From the sequence record NC_019406.1: a stretch of DNA of 64,000 bases; one strand, 5' to 3'. The notes under the pieces were generated by a model, which was given only the letters and a program-made list of their open reading frames with translations, ran no database searches and was not told the origin of the DNA. This document shows positions 8,331 through 17,494 of this stretch, one piece after another (position 1 is the stretch's first letter; the number at the start of each line of letters is the position of its first letter). The position numbers were made by a program, and so were the translations under genes.

Positions 8331-8978
8331 ATGGCCCGCACGGTCACTAAGCAAGTTTTCGAGTATGACGAACTGACCCCCGCCGCCCAAGAAAAGGCGC
8401 GCGACTGGTTCCGCGACATGCAAGACCGCTCCGGCGATAACAGTTTCGCCGAACCGGTCTTGGAGGAAGTCGCGCGCATCGCCGACATGCTCGGAATCGC
8501 CCTCAAGATCGACCGCGACGGCGAGCCGGCGATTCTCTGGTCGGGCTTCTACAGCCAAGGCGACGGCGCCAGCTTCGAGGGCCGTTACGCGGCCCCGGAA
8601 AAGCCGGCCCTGGAGGCGATCAAGGCCGAATTCCCTTCGGAACTCAAGCTGCACGCCATCGCGGCCGAACTGGACGCCTTCCAAGATCGCCGCCGCCGCC
8701 GACTGGTCGCGGACATCACCCGCAACGGCCGGACGAACTACGTACACCCCTACACCGTCGATATTGACGTTTTCGTCACCGACGACGACGGCGAGGAGTC
8801 GAACGTAGACGACACGACCGAAAAGGCTATCGCGGCCGAACTGCGCAACTTCATGGACTGGATTTGGCGCCAACTCATGGCCGCCTATGAGGCGGAGCGC
8901 GAAGACGACGCTATTGCCGACAATATCCGGGCCAATGAATACGAATTCGAGGCGGACGGCCGCCGGACCCGCGACTAA
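8331..8978 (+). CDS. Conserved phage protein with SGFYSQGDGASF and NEYEF motifs (family often labelled antitoxin-like; function unverified)
   Basis: Motifs recalled from a widespread phage family; cassette leader + GGAG. Confidence 0.7.
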   Translation: MARTVTKQVFEYDELTPAAQEKARDWFRDMQDRSGDNSFAEPVLEEVARIADMLGIALKIDRDGEPAILWSGFYSQGDGASFEGRYAAPEKPALEAIKAEFPSELKLHAIAAELDAFQDRRRRRLVADITRNGRTNYVHPYTVDIDVFVTDDDGEESNVDDTTEKAIAAELRNFMDWIWRQLMAAYEAEREDDAIADNIRANEYEFEADGRRTRD

Positions 8979-9028
8979 CGCAACCGGGCGGACTTCACGG
9001 CCCGCCCAAGCCCTGGAAAGGCCCTGAA

Positions 9029-9472
9029 ATGAACATGGCTCGCAAGGAACAAGCCGGAAGCTACCAAATCGGGATTTGGGGCGTCGAGAGGATCGGCCGG
9101 GGCGTCTGGGAAGCCCGCGCCAACGGCCCCGGCACGCTAGGCGACGGCTCGCCGCAAACCTTCCCTTCGCTGGGCGCCGCACACCTCGCCTTGACTGGCG
9201 AGCCCATGAGCGAAAGGCCCGTCAAGCCGGCCGCCGCTCCGAAGCCCCCGCGCCTGCCGTGGTCTGACCTCAAGGTCGCCTATGGGCTGGACAACCCGGA
9301 CCGCTTTTGGCGCGCCCTGGACGCCGGCAAGCTGGACCTCCCCGCCGGCTGGACCGTGAACGAGACGGATTGCAGCGGTTGCCGGTGCGTCGTCGTCTTC
9401 CGGGTCGAAACCCTGCCAACGGTCGAGGATGGCCGGAAGGTCGCGAAGATCGTTCGCCGCTTCGGTCGCTAG
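9029..9472 (+). CDS. Hypothetical early protein (147 aa)
   Basis: ORF fills the gap between cassettes. Confidence 0.7.
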   Translation: MNMARKEQAGSYQIGIWGVERIGRGVWEARANGPGTLGDGSPQTFPSLGAAHLALTGEPMSERPVKPAAAPKPPRLPWSDLKVAYGLDNPDRFWRALDAGKLDLPAGWTVNETDCSGCRCVVVFRVETLPTVEDGRKVAKIVRRFGR

Positions 9473-9534
9473 TAACCTTTTGTTAAGAAATGGCCTGTAA
9501 GGTCACATCATCGACCCCTCGGGAGACACCCGCC

Positions 9535-10104
9535 ATGATGAACAATCCGCACTCGCTCGCGATCCTCAAAATCGCGAACCGCATCCTTCCGCTGACGCAC
9601 CTGCACGCCACGGAACAACGCCGCCCGGCTATCGACATCATCGGCGACCTGTACAAGGTCGCGGACGACATCGACAAGGAAGCCGCGCCGGCCGTCACCC
9701 TGCCCGCCGGTAACGAGACGCTGGCCAAGCTGGGCGCCGCCGTCGCGCTGGCTCGCCTGGAACTCGAAAGCGCCTATCAGCGGACCGAAAGCCTTAGCGA
9801 GCGTCACCGCCTCGCGCCGCTCATCGCGACGATGTCGGAAGCGCTCAAGGCGTACCGCGCCGACCCGGCGACGCCCAAGGCCCCGGCCGCGCCGCTTCCG
9901 CACGCCTTCGCGACGATCCCGGACGGTTCGGCCCTGGAGCGCGCCACGGCCGCCGGAATCGCGATCTTTCAGGCCGAAGGCTCGACGTTCTACACGCCCG
10001 GCCCGTCCGCCAACTTCACCCGCGACGACTGGCGCGGCCCGTACTACGGCGCGGCCGAAGCCGCCCGCGCCGCCCTGGCCGAACGCTCCGGCAAGGCGGC
10101 CTAG
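9535..10104 (+). CDS. Hypothetical early protein (189 aa)
   Basis: Promoter 9472 + GGGAG SD. Confidence 0.8.
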   Translation: MMNNPHSLAILKIANRILPLTHLHATEQRRPAIDIIGDLYKVADDIDKEAAPAVTLPAGNETLAKLGAAVALARLELESAYQRTESLSERHRLAPLIATMSEALKAYRADPATPKAPAAPLPHAFATIPDGSALERATAAGIAIFQAEGSTFYTPGPSANFTRDDWRGPYYGAAEAARAALAERSGKAA

Positions 10105-10107
10105 CCT

Positions 10108-10605
10108 ATGCCGTACATCCCTGACGAACATTTCGCCTATTGCGTGGAGCAAGCCGCGCCTTCGCCCTGGATGCACCTCGTTCGCGGCGCGCTCAAGCTC
10201 TACGACGCCGGCCACGGCTCCAAGTCGTGGCAAGCGGTCCACGGGCGGCAAGCCATCGGCGAAGCTATGGTTGCGCTCAACGGCGCGCCCCTGGCGTTCT
10301 TCGGCGGCCTGACTCGTGACGAGTCTTACCGCTACAAGGGTGACGACCGCCCGGCGTCGGAAGTCCCGGACGCTCTGGAGACGCTCGCCGCGCTCCTCGC
10401 GCCTCTGGAGCAAGCGCCGGAGGAAGTGGCGGACCTCGTCGCCAAGATCGCCGCCGCGCAAGCCATCATCGACGAGGACGACGCCAAAACGTCGCAACTC
10501 GACATGATGAACGGCCACGAACGGGCGCACGTCGAGTGCGACCTGTACCGGGCAAAGCTCGCCCTGGCGAACCTTCAACTTCAAGCCATCCGCAAGGAAG
10601 CCTAA
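10108..10605 (+). CDS. Hypothetical early protein (165 aa)
   Basis: Operon-like 3-nt gap, phage codon use. Confidence 0.8.
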   Translation: MPYIPDEHFAYCVEQAAPSPWMHLVRGALKLYDAGHGSKSWQAVHGRQAIGEAMVALNGAPLAFFGGLTRDESYRYKGDDRPASEVPDALETLAALLAPLEQAPEEVADLVAKIAAAQAIIDEDDAKTSQLDMMNGHERAHVECDLYRAKLALANLQLQAIRKEA

Positions 10606-10608
10606 CCG

Positions 10609-11079
10609 ATGAGCTACGACACGAAAACGCTCGCCGCGCAAACGATCATCGACGCGCACACCGCCGGCCGTGGCCTGGAGGATGACCAGAGCCGGGCAAC
10701 CGACCTCTACCACGTTCTCGACTCGCTGCTGACGTGGTGCGACTTCCACCGCGTGGATTTCGACGCCACGCTTTCGGAACTTCGCGCCGACCTCGCCAGC
10801 GACAAGCCGACCGAAACCGCTAAGACGGTCGCGGTAACGCTGGACAAAAGCGACGCCGTGGAAGTCCTGGCGCGCTTCTACACGATTGCGGAAGCGGAGG
10901 CCTATCTAGCCGGCCCCGGTATCGACGCCGAAGCCCTCCACGCGGGGCGCTACGGTATCGACGCGCCGCACGGGCTGGGCCATGACTCCGAAGCCGTCCC
11001 GCTGGCGCGCAAGCTGGGCTATCTGGGCAAGGATTGCCCGGCCGCCGCCTTCGCCTTCCTCTCGACTCGGGAGCCCTAG
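10609..11079 (+). CDS. Hypothetical early protein (156 aa)
   Basis: AAGGAAG SD, 3-nt gap. Confidence 0.8.
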   Translation: MSYDTKTLAAQTIIDAHTAGRGLEDDQSRATDLYHVLDSLLTWCDFHRVDFDATLSELRADLASDKPTETAKTVAVTLDKSDAVEVLARFYTIAEAEAYLAGPGIDAEALHAGRYGIDAPHGLGHDSEAVPLARKLGYLGKDCPAAAFAFLSTREP

Positions 11080-11082
11080 CCC

Positions 11083-11523
11083 ATGACCAAGCGCAAAGCG
11101 TGGCCCGCCCCGAACCTCTTCGCCCGCTACAGCGTCGCCGGCCTCGCCGACGCGGACAAGATCGCCCGCCGGCCGTCCCTGGCCTGCATCCGGCATTTCG
11201 TCCGGGAAGCCGCCAAAGCCAAGGCGGACGCCGCCGCCCGCCTCGCTGATCAAAAGTGGATGCGGGACGCCTCGGACATGGCGCAAAGCTGGACCCGCGA
11301 CACGGCGAGCCGGAGCATTCACGCCATCGCCCGGAAGGCCCTGGAATATGCCCGAATGCGGGCGTTCCTGACTGTCTCGCCGGAGCGGGCCGGCTCCTAC
11401 GCGCCCGCCGGCTGGCCTATCGACCGCCCGGCCCGTGACCAGTGGCAAGCGCTCAACCCGCCGCCGGCCCGTGACTACGACTCGTTGATCGGCCGCGCCT
11501 CTCGCGCCGCCGGCTGGCCCTAA
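11083..11523 (+). CDS. Hypothetical early protein (146 aa)
   Basis: GGGAG SD. Confidence 0.75.
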   Translation: MTKRKAWPAPNLFARYSVAGLADADKIARRPSLACIRHFVREAAKAKADAAARLADQKWMRDASDMAQSWTRDTASRSIHAIARKALEYARMRAFLTVSPERAGSYAPAGWPIDRPARDQWQALNPPPARDYDSLIGRASRAAGWP

Positions 11524-11539
11524 CCGGAGGAACCCGCCC

Positions 11540-11827
11540 ATGGCTGACCTGATCAAGCTCAACCCCGAACCCGCCAACATGACCGCCGTCAAGCTCGGCG
11601 CCGTCACCCTGTATTTCAGCTATCAGACCCTTGTCGGGTTCACGTGTCCGCATCTGGGCACGGTGTCCAATCCGGACGGCAAGGGCTACGGCCGAACGAC
11701 CGCCGGACATATGACGAAATTCGGCCTTTCCGGCGCTCGGACCACGGCGACGGAGTCCGATTTCCAGACCCTGGCGCTTCGCGCCGTTCAAGGCCACGTC
11801 CGCGACATCGGCGGCCTGTTGACCTAG
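11540..11827 (+). CDS. Hypothetical early protein (95 aa)
   Basis: GGAGG SD. Confidence 0.8.
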   Translation: MADLIKLNPEPANMTAVKLGAVTLYFSYQTLVGFTCPHLGTVSNPDGKGYGRTTAGHMTKFGLSGARTTATESDFQTLALRAVQGHVRDIGGLLT

Positions 11828-11840
11828 CCGGCCCCGTACA

Positions 11841-11942
11841 AGAGTCACGTTTCGGGCCTAACCTGACTCCCAAGGAGTCACATTTTCGCCGAACCCTGAC
11901 TCTGCCACGATTTCCCGTCACGTTTCAGACCTAACGTGACTC
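11841..11942. promoter_or_regulatory. Cluster of five GANTC sites embedded in GAGTCACGTTT-like motifs
   Basis: GANTC at 11842, 11865, 11875, 11898, 11938. Confidence 0.7.
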
Positions 11943-11975
11943 ATCCGATTTTCTCAGTAGAAACAAGGAGTTAAC

Positions 11976-12050
11976 TTGCGCTTCATCGAACACGTGTTGG
12001 AAGGTTCGGGCCTCATCTTCGCCATCGTGATTCTTTTTCTGCTGCATTAA
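11976..12050 (+). CDS. Small hydrophobic peptide MRFIEHVLEGSGLIFAIVILFLLH (24 aa)
   Basis: AAGGAG SD 5 nt before TTG; below the ORF-track cutoff. Confidence 0.5.
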   Translation: MRFIEHVLEGSGLIFAIVILFLLH

Positions 12051-12132
12051 CCTCTTGTTAAGAAATAGGGGTTAGGTCTAGAGGGGTCAGGCGCACACCG
12101 CGCCGGCCCCTCTTTCTGTTGGAGCGCAGACA

Positions 12133-12624
12133 ATGCCCGACTACAAGACGAACGATCCCAAGGGCTACATGGGCGACCCCCGCCGGGGCGCCGCCATGGG
12201 CCGCCCGACCTATGCGCCGGACGCCGCCGGCTGGACCGTGGAAGGCCTGGAAACGGCCGCCGCCCTCGAAGAGGACCGCGCCCGGATCGCCGAAGAGCAA
12301 CGCGAGAACCGCCCCGGCGACGGCTACAAGCGCCAGTGCTGGGAAGCCGCCGCCGCGTCGTTCCGCAAGGAAGCCGAACGCCTCCGTTCGCTCATCCCGG
12401 CCGCCCGCGCCATGCTCGCCGCCTCGCCGAAGATCACCCTTCAACGCGTCCGCCTGGACTCGGGCGGCTACGACTCGAACGGAACCTATTTCGGGCATGA
12501 CCTCCCCCTGTATTGGGCGGCGGACGAGTCCGGCGACTATGACGCGACGTTCCGCGCCGCCGACCGCAACGCGGCGAAGGCCATCGTTCGCGAGACGTAC
12601 CCCGGCGCCCGCTTCCACAACTAG
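12133..12624 (+). CDS. Hypothetical early protein (163 aa; RLDSGGYD..G.YFG motif)
   Basis: Cassette leader + GGAG. Confidence 0.85.
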   Translation: MPDYKTNDPKGYMGDPRRGAAMGRPTYAPDAAGWTVEGLETAAALEEDRARIAEEQRENRPGDGYKRQCWEAAAASFRKEAERLRSLIPAARAMLAASPKITLQRVRLDSGGYDSNGTYFGHDLPLYWAADESGDYDATFRAADRNAAKAIVRETYPGARFHN

Positions 12625-12701
12625 CTGGCGTTAAGGGGTTGTTAAGAAATAGCCGGTAGGTTCATCCCTACCGGCGCACCCCGCGCCCTGGAGAAAATCG
12701 G

Positions 12702-13550
12702 ATGACCTCGCAACTCTGCATCGCCGACGAAAACGCCGCCCTGGATTTCCTGGCGCGCGCTGTCCCCGCCCTCTGTGACGCCGGCATAATGCCGCCGACG
12801 CTGGATATCCTGGACTCGCTCGCCGCCAATCCGAACGCATACGGCCTTAGCCGCGTCCCGACCCTGGCGCCCCTCGCCGCCGAATGGGCGGGGCCGTATC
12901 AGACGCAAGCGAACGACGGCGAAGGCCCGACCACGGTCCGGGCTCTGATCGTCGCCGCGCTGGGCGCCGATGAGTCCGGCAACTTCGATATCGGGTTCCG
13001 CACCTACGCCGTGAACGACACGGAACACTGGAATCTTGCCGGGACTCCTCTTGAGGGCGTGCCGGCCTATAGCCTGTATTTGATCCGCGAAGGCGAGCAA
13101 ACTTACATGTGCTCGCTCACGCCATCGAGCTACGCCTATGGGATTCAGAACGTGTTCCTCTATCCCGATCAAGAGGGCTTGCCGGCTGTCAATGAGTACG
13201 GGCAAACGGCGGTTGAAGCGTACATGGACGCTGAAAACCCCGAATATGAGGCCGTCGAAGATACCTATTTCGGGTATATGGGCGACCGCGAAGCCCTGGA
13301 CCGCCGCGAAGCCGAAGAGGGCGACGTTTCGGAGCGCCTTAGCTTCGATAAGTCGGTTTTCCGTGTGGACCTCTCCACGCTGGACGGGTTCGCCGCGTCG
13401 CCGGCCAATCCCCGCGAAACGACCGCGTTCGCCGACTTCGAAACCCTCGCCGCCGCCTTCTACAAGGCCGCGTGCGACTCGGCTTGGGAGGACGCGAAGG
13501 AATACGTTAGCGGCAACGCTACGGAACCGCGCATTTTAACGGGTTGTTAA
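12702..13550 (+). CDS. Hypothetical acidic early protein (282 aa)
   Basis: Cassette leader + GGAG. Confidence 0.85.
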   Translation: MTSQLCIADENAALDFLARAVPALCDAGIMPPTLDILDSLAANPNAYGLSRVPTLAPLAAEWAGPYQTQANDGEGPTTVRALIVAALGADESGNFDIGFRTYAVNDTEHWNLAGTPLEGVPAYSLYLIREGEQTYMCSLTPSSYAYGIQNVFLYPDQEGLPAVNEYGQTAVEAYMDAENPEYEAVEDTYFGYMGDREALDRREAEEGDVSERLSFDKSVFRVDLSTLDGFAASPANPRETTAFADFETLAAAFYKAACDSAWEDAKEYVSGNATEPRILTGC

Positions 13551-13613
13551 GAAATAGCCTGTAGGTTCTCCCATGGGCGGCGGATCGGCCGCCGCCCTAC
13601 CGGAGCGCCTAAC

Positions 13614-13826
13614 ATGGCTTTCTCGACCGCCGCCCTTAACGCTCACGTCGCCGAAGTGGCGGAATGTGAGTCCGACCTGAACGAAGCCTTTGAGGCTTTC
13701 GACCGGGGCGAAGCGCCCGACCGTGGCGACTGCGATTATGCGTTTCTGAAGCTGGAAACGGCGGAAATGCACCTCGCGCAATTCCTGGCGCCGGTCCTGG
13801 CGTCGCCGATCTTCGTTCACGCCTAG
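13614..13826 (+). CDS. Hypothetical early protein (70 aa)
   Basis: Cassette leader + GGAG. Confidence 0.75.
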   Translation: MAFSTAALNAHVAEVAECESDLNEAFEAFDRGEAPDRGDCDYAFLKLETAEMHLAQFLAPVLASPIFVHA

Positions 13827-13837
13827 GAGGGCCTGAC

Positions 13838-14053
13838 ATGTCCAAGCGTCCCGATTTCACCGGCCGCCTTCCCGTCCGCGACGACGTGCAAACGGTGACG
13901 TGTCACCGGCCGCCGACGCGCTCGGAAATCAGCTTTGGTCACGGCGCGACGCATTACCGGGATTTCCCGGTTGCGGCCGTGTGCTGGGCCGGAACCCGAT
14001 TCAAGAAAACGTGGTTCGTCGCCGACGACGGACTCCGTTATTACACGTCTTAA
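13838..14053 (+). CDS. Hypothetical early protein (71 aa)
   Basis: AGGAGG SD. Confidence 0.8.
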   Translation: MSKRPDFTGRLPVRDDVQTVTCHRPPTRSEISFGHGATHYRDFPVAAVCWAGTRFKKTWFVADDGLRYYTS

Positions 14054-14130
14054 CCTCTTGTTAAGAAATAGGCCCTATGGTCTATTTCGAGGGCGGCGGA
14101 TCGGCCGCCGCCCGAACCGGAGTAGACGAG

Positions 14131-14562
14131 ATGTCCGCCCGCTTTCAAACCGCCGCCGCCGCCCGTCAATTCATGCTCGGCGGTAACGCCGTGGTCACGC
14201 TGCAAAGCGAAAAGACCGGCGCGCGCTTCACCTACAAAATCAAGGCCGCCCCTGACGGCGCGGTGTCGTTCGTTAAGCTCCTGACGGGTCAGGACAACGA
14301 ATCGGATTACGCCTATATCGGGTTGATCCGGGGCGCTCAATTCGCCCGGACGGCTAAGGCCCGCGTCACCGCCGACGCCCCTAGCGTCAAGGCCCTGGAA
14401 TGGGCCTGGAAGGCGCTTAGCGCGGATCGCCTCCCCGATACCCTGGCGATCTTCCATGAGGGCCGTTGCGGGCGCTGCAATCGCCTCCTGACGGTCCCCG
14501 AGTCCATCGAGTCGGGCTTCGGTCCCGAATGCGCCGGCCGCGTCCTGCGCCAAGCCGCCTAA
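14131..14562 (+). CDS. DUF6011-like Zn-ribbon protein (143 aa)
   Basis: C-terminal HEGRCGRCNRLLTVPESIESGFGPEC matches the DUF6011 pattern. Confidence 0.75.
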   Translation: MSARFQTAAAARQFMLGGNAVVTLQSEKTGARFTYKIKAAPDGAVSFVKLLTGQDNESDYAYIGLIRGAQFARTAKARVTADAPSVKALEWAWKALSADRLPDTLAIFHEGRCGRCNRLLTVPESIESGFGPECAGRVLRQAA

Positions 14563-14609
14563 CCCTCAACGGGCGGGCCTCGCGCCCGCCCAAGCCCTGG
14601 AGTCCGCTC

Positions 14610-14840
14610 ATGGCCTATTACCCGCCCGTCAAAGGTCAAGTTCACCGTTTTCGCGATTCGGTCTGCCTGTACGTCGGGACCGGCGAGACGGTTTACGTCT
14701 CGGCCGCCGACGCCCGCAAGATCGCCCGCGCCCTGAACCGCGCCGCCAAGTCCTGCACCTCGGAGCCGTTCGCCCAAAGCTCCGGCCTGACGTTCTCGTT
14801 CTCGTTCGCGGACGGCCGCGAAAAAGACCTCCCGCGTTAA
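14610..14840 (+). CDS. Hypothetical early protein (76 aa)
   Basis: GGAG SD. Confidence 0.75.
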   Translation: MAYYPPVKGQVHRFRDSVCLYVGTGETVYVSAADARKIARALNRAAKSCTSEPFAQSSGLTFSFSFADGREKDLPR

Positions 14841-14918
14841 CTTGTTGTTAAGAAATGCCGTCTAGGGTGACGGCATGGGGCGGCGGATCGGCCGCCGCCC
14901 TAGCTGGAGCGAAAGCCC

Positions 14919-15218
14919 ATGACCAAGACCAAGCGTCCCGCCGGCTACTACTCGAAAGCCGCCCGTGAAGCCCGCGCCCTGGCTCGCCAGCGCCGCGCCG
15001 CCGCCCGCCTCAACTGGTCGGATGAAAAGCGCGTCAAGATGGCCGCCAAGTCCGCCAAGTTCTTCGCCAAACACGCGGCCCGCGCCGCCCTGGCGGGTAA
15101 CGAAAAGGAAACCCGCCGCCTATCGGTTCACATGACCCGATTCGACAACGTGCGCCGCGCGCTCGGCGCCGTCCTGGCGGTCCGCGCCGCTCGCTTCCGC
15201 ATCGAGGCCGCCGCTTAA
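14919..15218 (+). CDS. Basic Ala/Arg-rich early protein (99 aa)
   Basis: Cassette leader + GGAG. Confidence 0.75.
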   Translation: MTKTKRPAGYYSKAAREARALARQRRAAARLNWSDEKRVKMAAKSAKFFAKHAARAALAGNEKETRRLSVHMTRFDNVRRALGAVLAVRAARFRIEAAA

Positions 15219-15248
15219 GGCGGCCTCACAACCTCGAAAGGACAACCC

Positions 15249-15446
15249 TTGAAACACGCCGCCGACGTTCTCGCTATCGCCGCTGTCTGCGCTTTCCTCG
15301 GCTTCCTCGCGTGGAATAACGCGCATCCGCCCATGATCGCCGTGGGCCTGGACTGTCGGGGCGAAGCCGTCCGCGTCTACGGCGCCGACGACGCCCCGGA
15401 AGCCTCCAAGGTCTGCCGGACCGTGGAAATCCACAAGGCCCCCTAG
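15249..15446 (+). CDS. Small membrane-anchored protein (65 aa)
   Basis: AAGGA SD; N-terminal hydrophobic segment. Confidence 0.65.
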   Translation: MKHAADVLAIAAVCAFLGFLAWNNAHPPMIAVGLDCRGEAVRVYGADDAPEASKVCRTVEIHKAP

Positions 15447-15539
15447 AAAGTTCGGCCTCTTAACTTCTTGTTAAGAAATGGCCTCTAGAGTGACTACATG
15501 GGCGGCGGATCGGCCGCCGCCCGAACCGGGAAAACCAAG

Positions 15540-15920
15540 ATGACCCGTCAAGCTAAGCCCTTCGCTCACCTCAAGGCCAAGAGCGAAACCAAGGCGCAAG
15601 CCCTGCTCCGCCTTTCCGAGTTCTCGCGCTTCGGTGCGATGGCGCAACTGTTCATCATCAACGCGCTGAATCACAAGTTCGGCGACCTGGAATATGTCGG
15701 TCGCGAGACGAACACGGACAAGCTCAAGCAAGCCCTTAAGTTCGCGCCGTCTATGACTATCGAGGCCATCGAGAAAGAGGCCGCCGGAGTCGCTGGCGCT
15801 GGCCTGGAAGGGGTCCGCGAGTCCTTCGCCCAGAAAGGCGCAAGCGGCTTCATCAACCCCGATGCGTGGCATGGGGTTGCGGTGGAAATCAAAACCGCCC
15901 TCGACGCCGCCAAGGCCTAA
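15540..15920 (+). CDS. Hypothetical early protein (126 aa)
   Basis: Cassette leader. Confidence 0.75.
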   Translation: MTRQAKPFAHLKAKSETKAQALLRLSEFSRFGAMAQLFIINALNHKFGDLEYVGRETNTDKLKQALKFAPSMTIEAIEKEAAGVAGAGLEGVRESFAQKGASGFINPDAWHGVAVEIKTALDAAKA

Positions 15921-15994
15921 CCCCTGACCCTGTAGCGTAACGGGGCGGCGGATCGGCCGCCGCCCCTAACCCCCTAGGACTGGAGTCCTTCGCA

Positions 15995-16189
15995 ATGTCC
16001 CGTTCGTTCCGTCACTCCCCCGCCTTCGAAGATACCCGCGCCGAATTCGCGGCCCGGAAAAACGCCCGTGAAGCCCGCAAGGCGGAATTCCGTGCGCTGG
16101 GCTTCGAAGAGGCCGAAGCCCTGGCCGTGCGTCCCCTGCATCGCCCCTACAAGGGCCGGAATCGGTCGGTCCTGGACATCGACGCCTAG
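15995..16189 (+). CDS. Hypothetical early protein (64 aa)
   Basis: Hairpin leader + GGAG. Confidence 0.7.
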   Translation: MSRSFRHSPAFEDTRAEFAARKNAREARKAEFRALGFEEAEALAVRPLHRPYKGRNRSVLDIDA

Positions 16190-16284
16190 GCCCGGAAACG
16201 GCCCGCCTAGAGCCCCTACAGAAGGCCCGCCCTAATCGGCGGGCCTTTACTGTTTGGTAAGACCTTCCCCGCTAGAGTGTGCGT

Positions 16285-16497
16285 ATGGACAAGCCCGCCC
16301 TCTTCGAAGTGATCACGCGCCACGCCGACGGATCGGCTACCCGTGGGATCGTCCCCGCCGCTCTGGTCAAGACGGCTTACGCGCAAGCCTTGCGCAAGGC
16401 CTGGAAAGCCAAGGCGGGCGACCTCGTGTCCGTCTACCCCTACGGGGTGGCCCTGCCGAACACGCCCGCCAATGTCGAAAGACTTTTCACGCTTTAA
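16285..16497 (+). CDS. Hypothetical early protein (70 aa), possibly leaderless
   Basis: ATG lies ~7 nt after the TAGAGT -10 element, with no SD. Confidence 0.65.
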   Translation: MDKPALFEVITRHADGSATRGIVPAALVKTAYAQALRKAWKAKAGDLVSVYPYGVALPNTPANVERLFTL

Positions 16498-16558
16498 CCT
16501 CTTGTTAAGAAATACCCTCTAGGGTAGGCACATGGGCAAGGCCCTAGGAGACAAAGCG

Positions 16559-16768
16559 ATGACCCTGCATCACACCCTTATGACCGCTCTGGACACCGCC
16601 CAGATGAACGGCGCGCAAGCCGATCCGCTTCACGCGGACATCCGCCGCGCCCTGCGCCTCGCCCAGATGGCGGGCGTTACCCTGGACACGGCCGAAGAGG
16701 TCGCCGCCGCCGTCCTGCGCATGAAGGTTGCGCAGCAACAGGCCCGCCGCCGCTCGCGCCGGGCCTAA
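16559..16768 (+). CDS. Hypothetical early protein (69 aa)
   Basis: Promoter 16494 + AGGAG. Confidence 0.75.
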   Translation: MTLHHTLMTALDTAQMNGAQADPLHADIRRALRLAQMAGVTLDTAEEVAAAVLRMKVAQQQARRRSRRA

Positions 16769-16869
16769 GGAAGAAAGTTGAAGGCGTTTACCTCTTGTTA
16801 AGAAATAGGGGGTATGGTCTTCACATGGGCGGCGGACTTCCCCGCCGCCCTCACCTCGGAGCCCCTGCC

Positions 16870-17082
16870 ATGTTCCCCCGTAACGTCGCGATCGCCGAAG
16901 CCGCTCAGTTCTCGCAAGTGTCGATGGCTGATTACCGTGAGCACGTCGCCGAAGAGCGTCACGCGATGCGCGTGAAGCTGGCGAAGCAAGCCAAGCTTAA
17001 GGCGGACATCAAGGCGGGCGCGTTCGCCTTCGCCCTGGCCTTCGTGGCTGCTGGCGTGGTCCTCGCTCTGGGCGTGTTCTAG
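16870..17082 (+). CDS. Early protein with C-terminal TM helix (70 aa)
   Basis: Cassette leader + GGAG; hydrophobic C-terminus. Confidence 0.75.
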   Translation: MFPRNVAIAEAAQFSQVSMADYREHVAEERHAMRVKLAKQAKLKADIKAGAFAFALAFVAAGVVLALGVF

Positions 17083-17403
17083 AGGGAGTGGGTCGCCCTC
17101 GGCGAGAGTCGAGGGTACCTGAAAGAATCCATCCGGACCCCTTGACAAAATCGGGGGGCCGGGGGAGGGTCGAGTTTCAAAATGGGACACCCAGGGACCC
17201 AAGGCCGGGGTGGGTTGTTAACCATTTTTCCGGGGCGCCTAGTGTAGTGACCGCGTTTTGATGTGCGGGTCAATGGCGTCAGAGATTTCGAAAAATTTCT
17301 CAGAGGAGTAGGGGACCCAGGCCAGCGGCTTTTGGATTCGAAAACACGAATCTGGCTGACCGAAATTTTATTTCTGTAAAATAGGGGTCAATAAGCTCAA
17401 ACG

Positions 17404-17438
17404 AAAAAGCCCGGCGGTGATCGGCACCGCCGGGCTTT
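17404..17438. terminator. Intrinsic terminator, probably ending the minus-strand capsid-paralog transcript
   Basis: AAAAAGCCCGGCGGTG-ATCGG-CACCGCCGGGCTTT. Confidence 0.75.
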
Positions 17439-17494
17439 CGTGAACGAAACTCGCGCTCCGCTCAGCCTGAACAAGACCATAAACCACAGCCCGA

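Larger units (their letters stand above)
1881..16808. promoter_or_regulatory. About 23 copies of early promoter motif TT(A/T)A-N7-TTAAGAAATAG-N3-4-TA(A/G)GGT (CtrA box overlapping the -35 region)
   Basis: Minus strand at 1881, 2680, 3449, 8219. Plus strand at ~2721, 3487, 3988, 4708, 5076, 5209, 6199, 7284, 8260, 9472, 12047, 12631, 13536, 14050, 14837, 15460, 16246 (degenerate), 16494, 16787. Twelve are perfect TTAA-N7-TTAA, the established CtrA consensus. Confidence 0.9.
1..17320. repeat. Probable long direct terminal repeat / early region (right boundary approximate, ~17.1-17.4 kb)
   Basis: Cassette-like small genes and the CtrA-type promoter motif occur only between 1.9 and 16.8 kb. The GGGACCC motif of the left-end array recurs at 17191-17200 and 17312-17318. 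phiCbK-like phages are known to have 10-17 kb terminal repeats. The second copy is not in this window. Confidence 0.6.
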
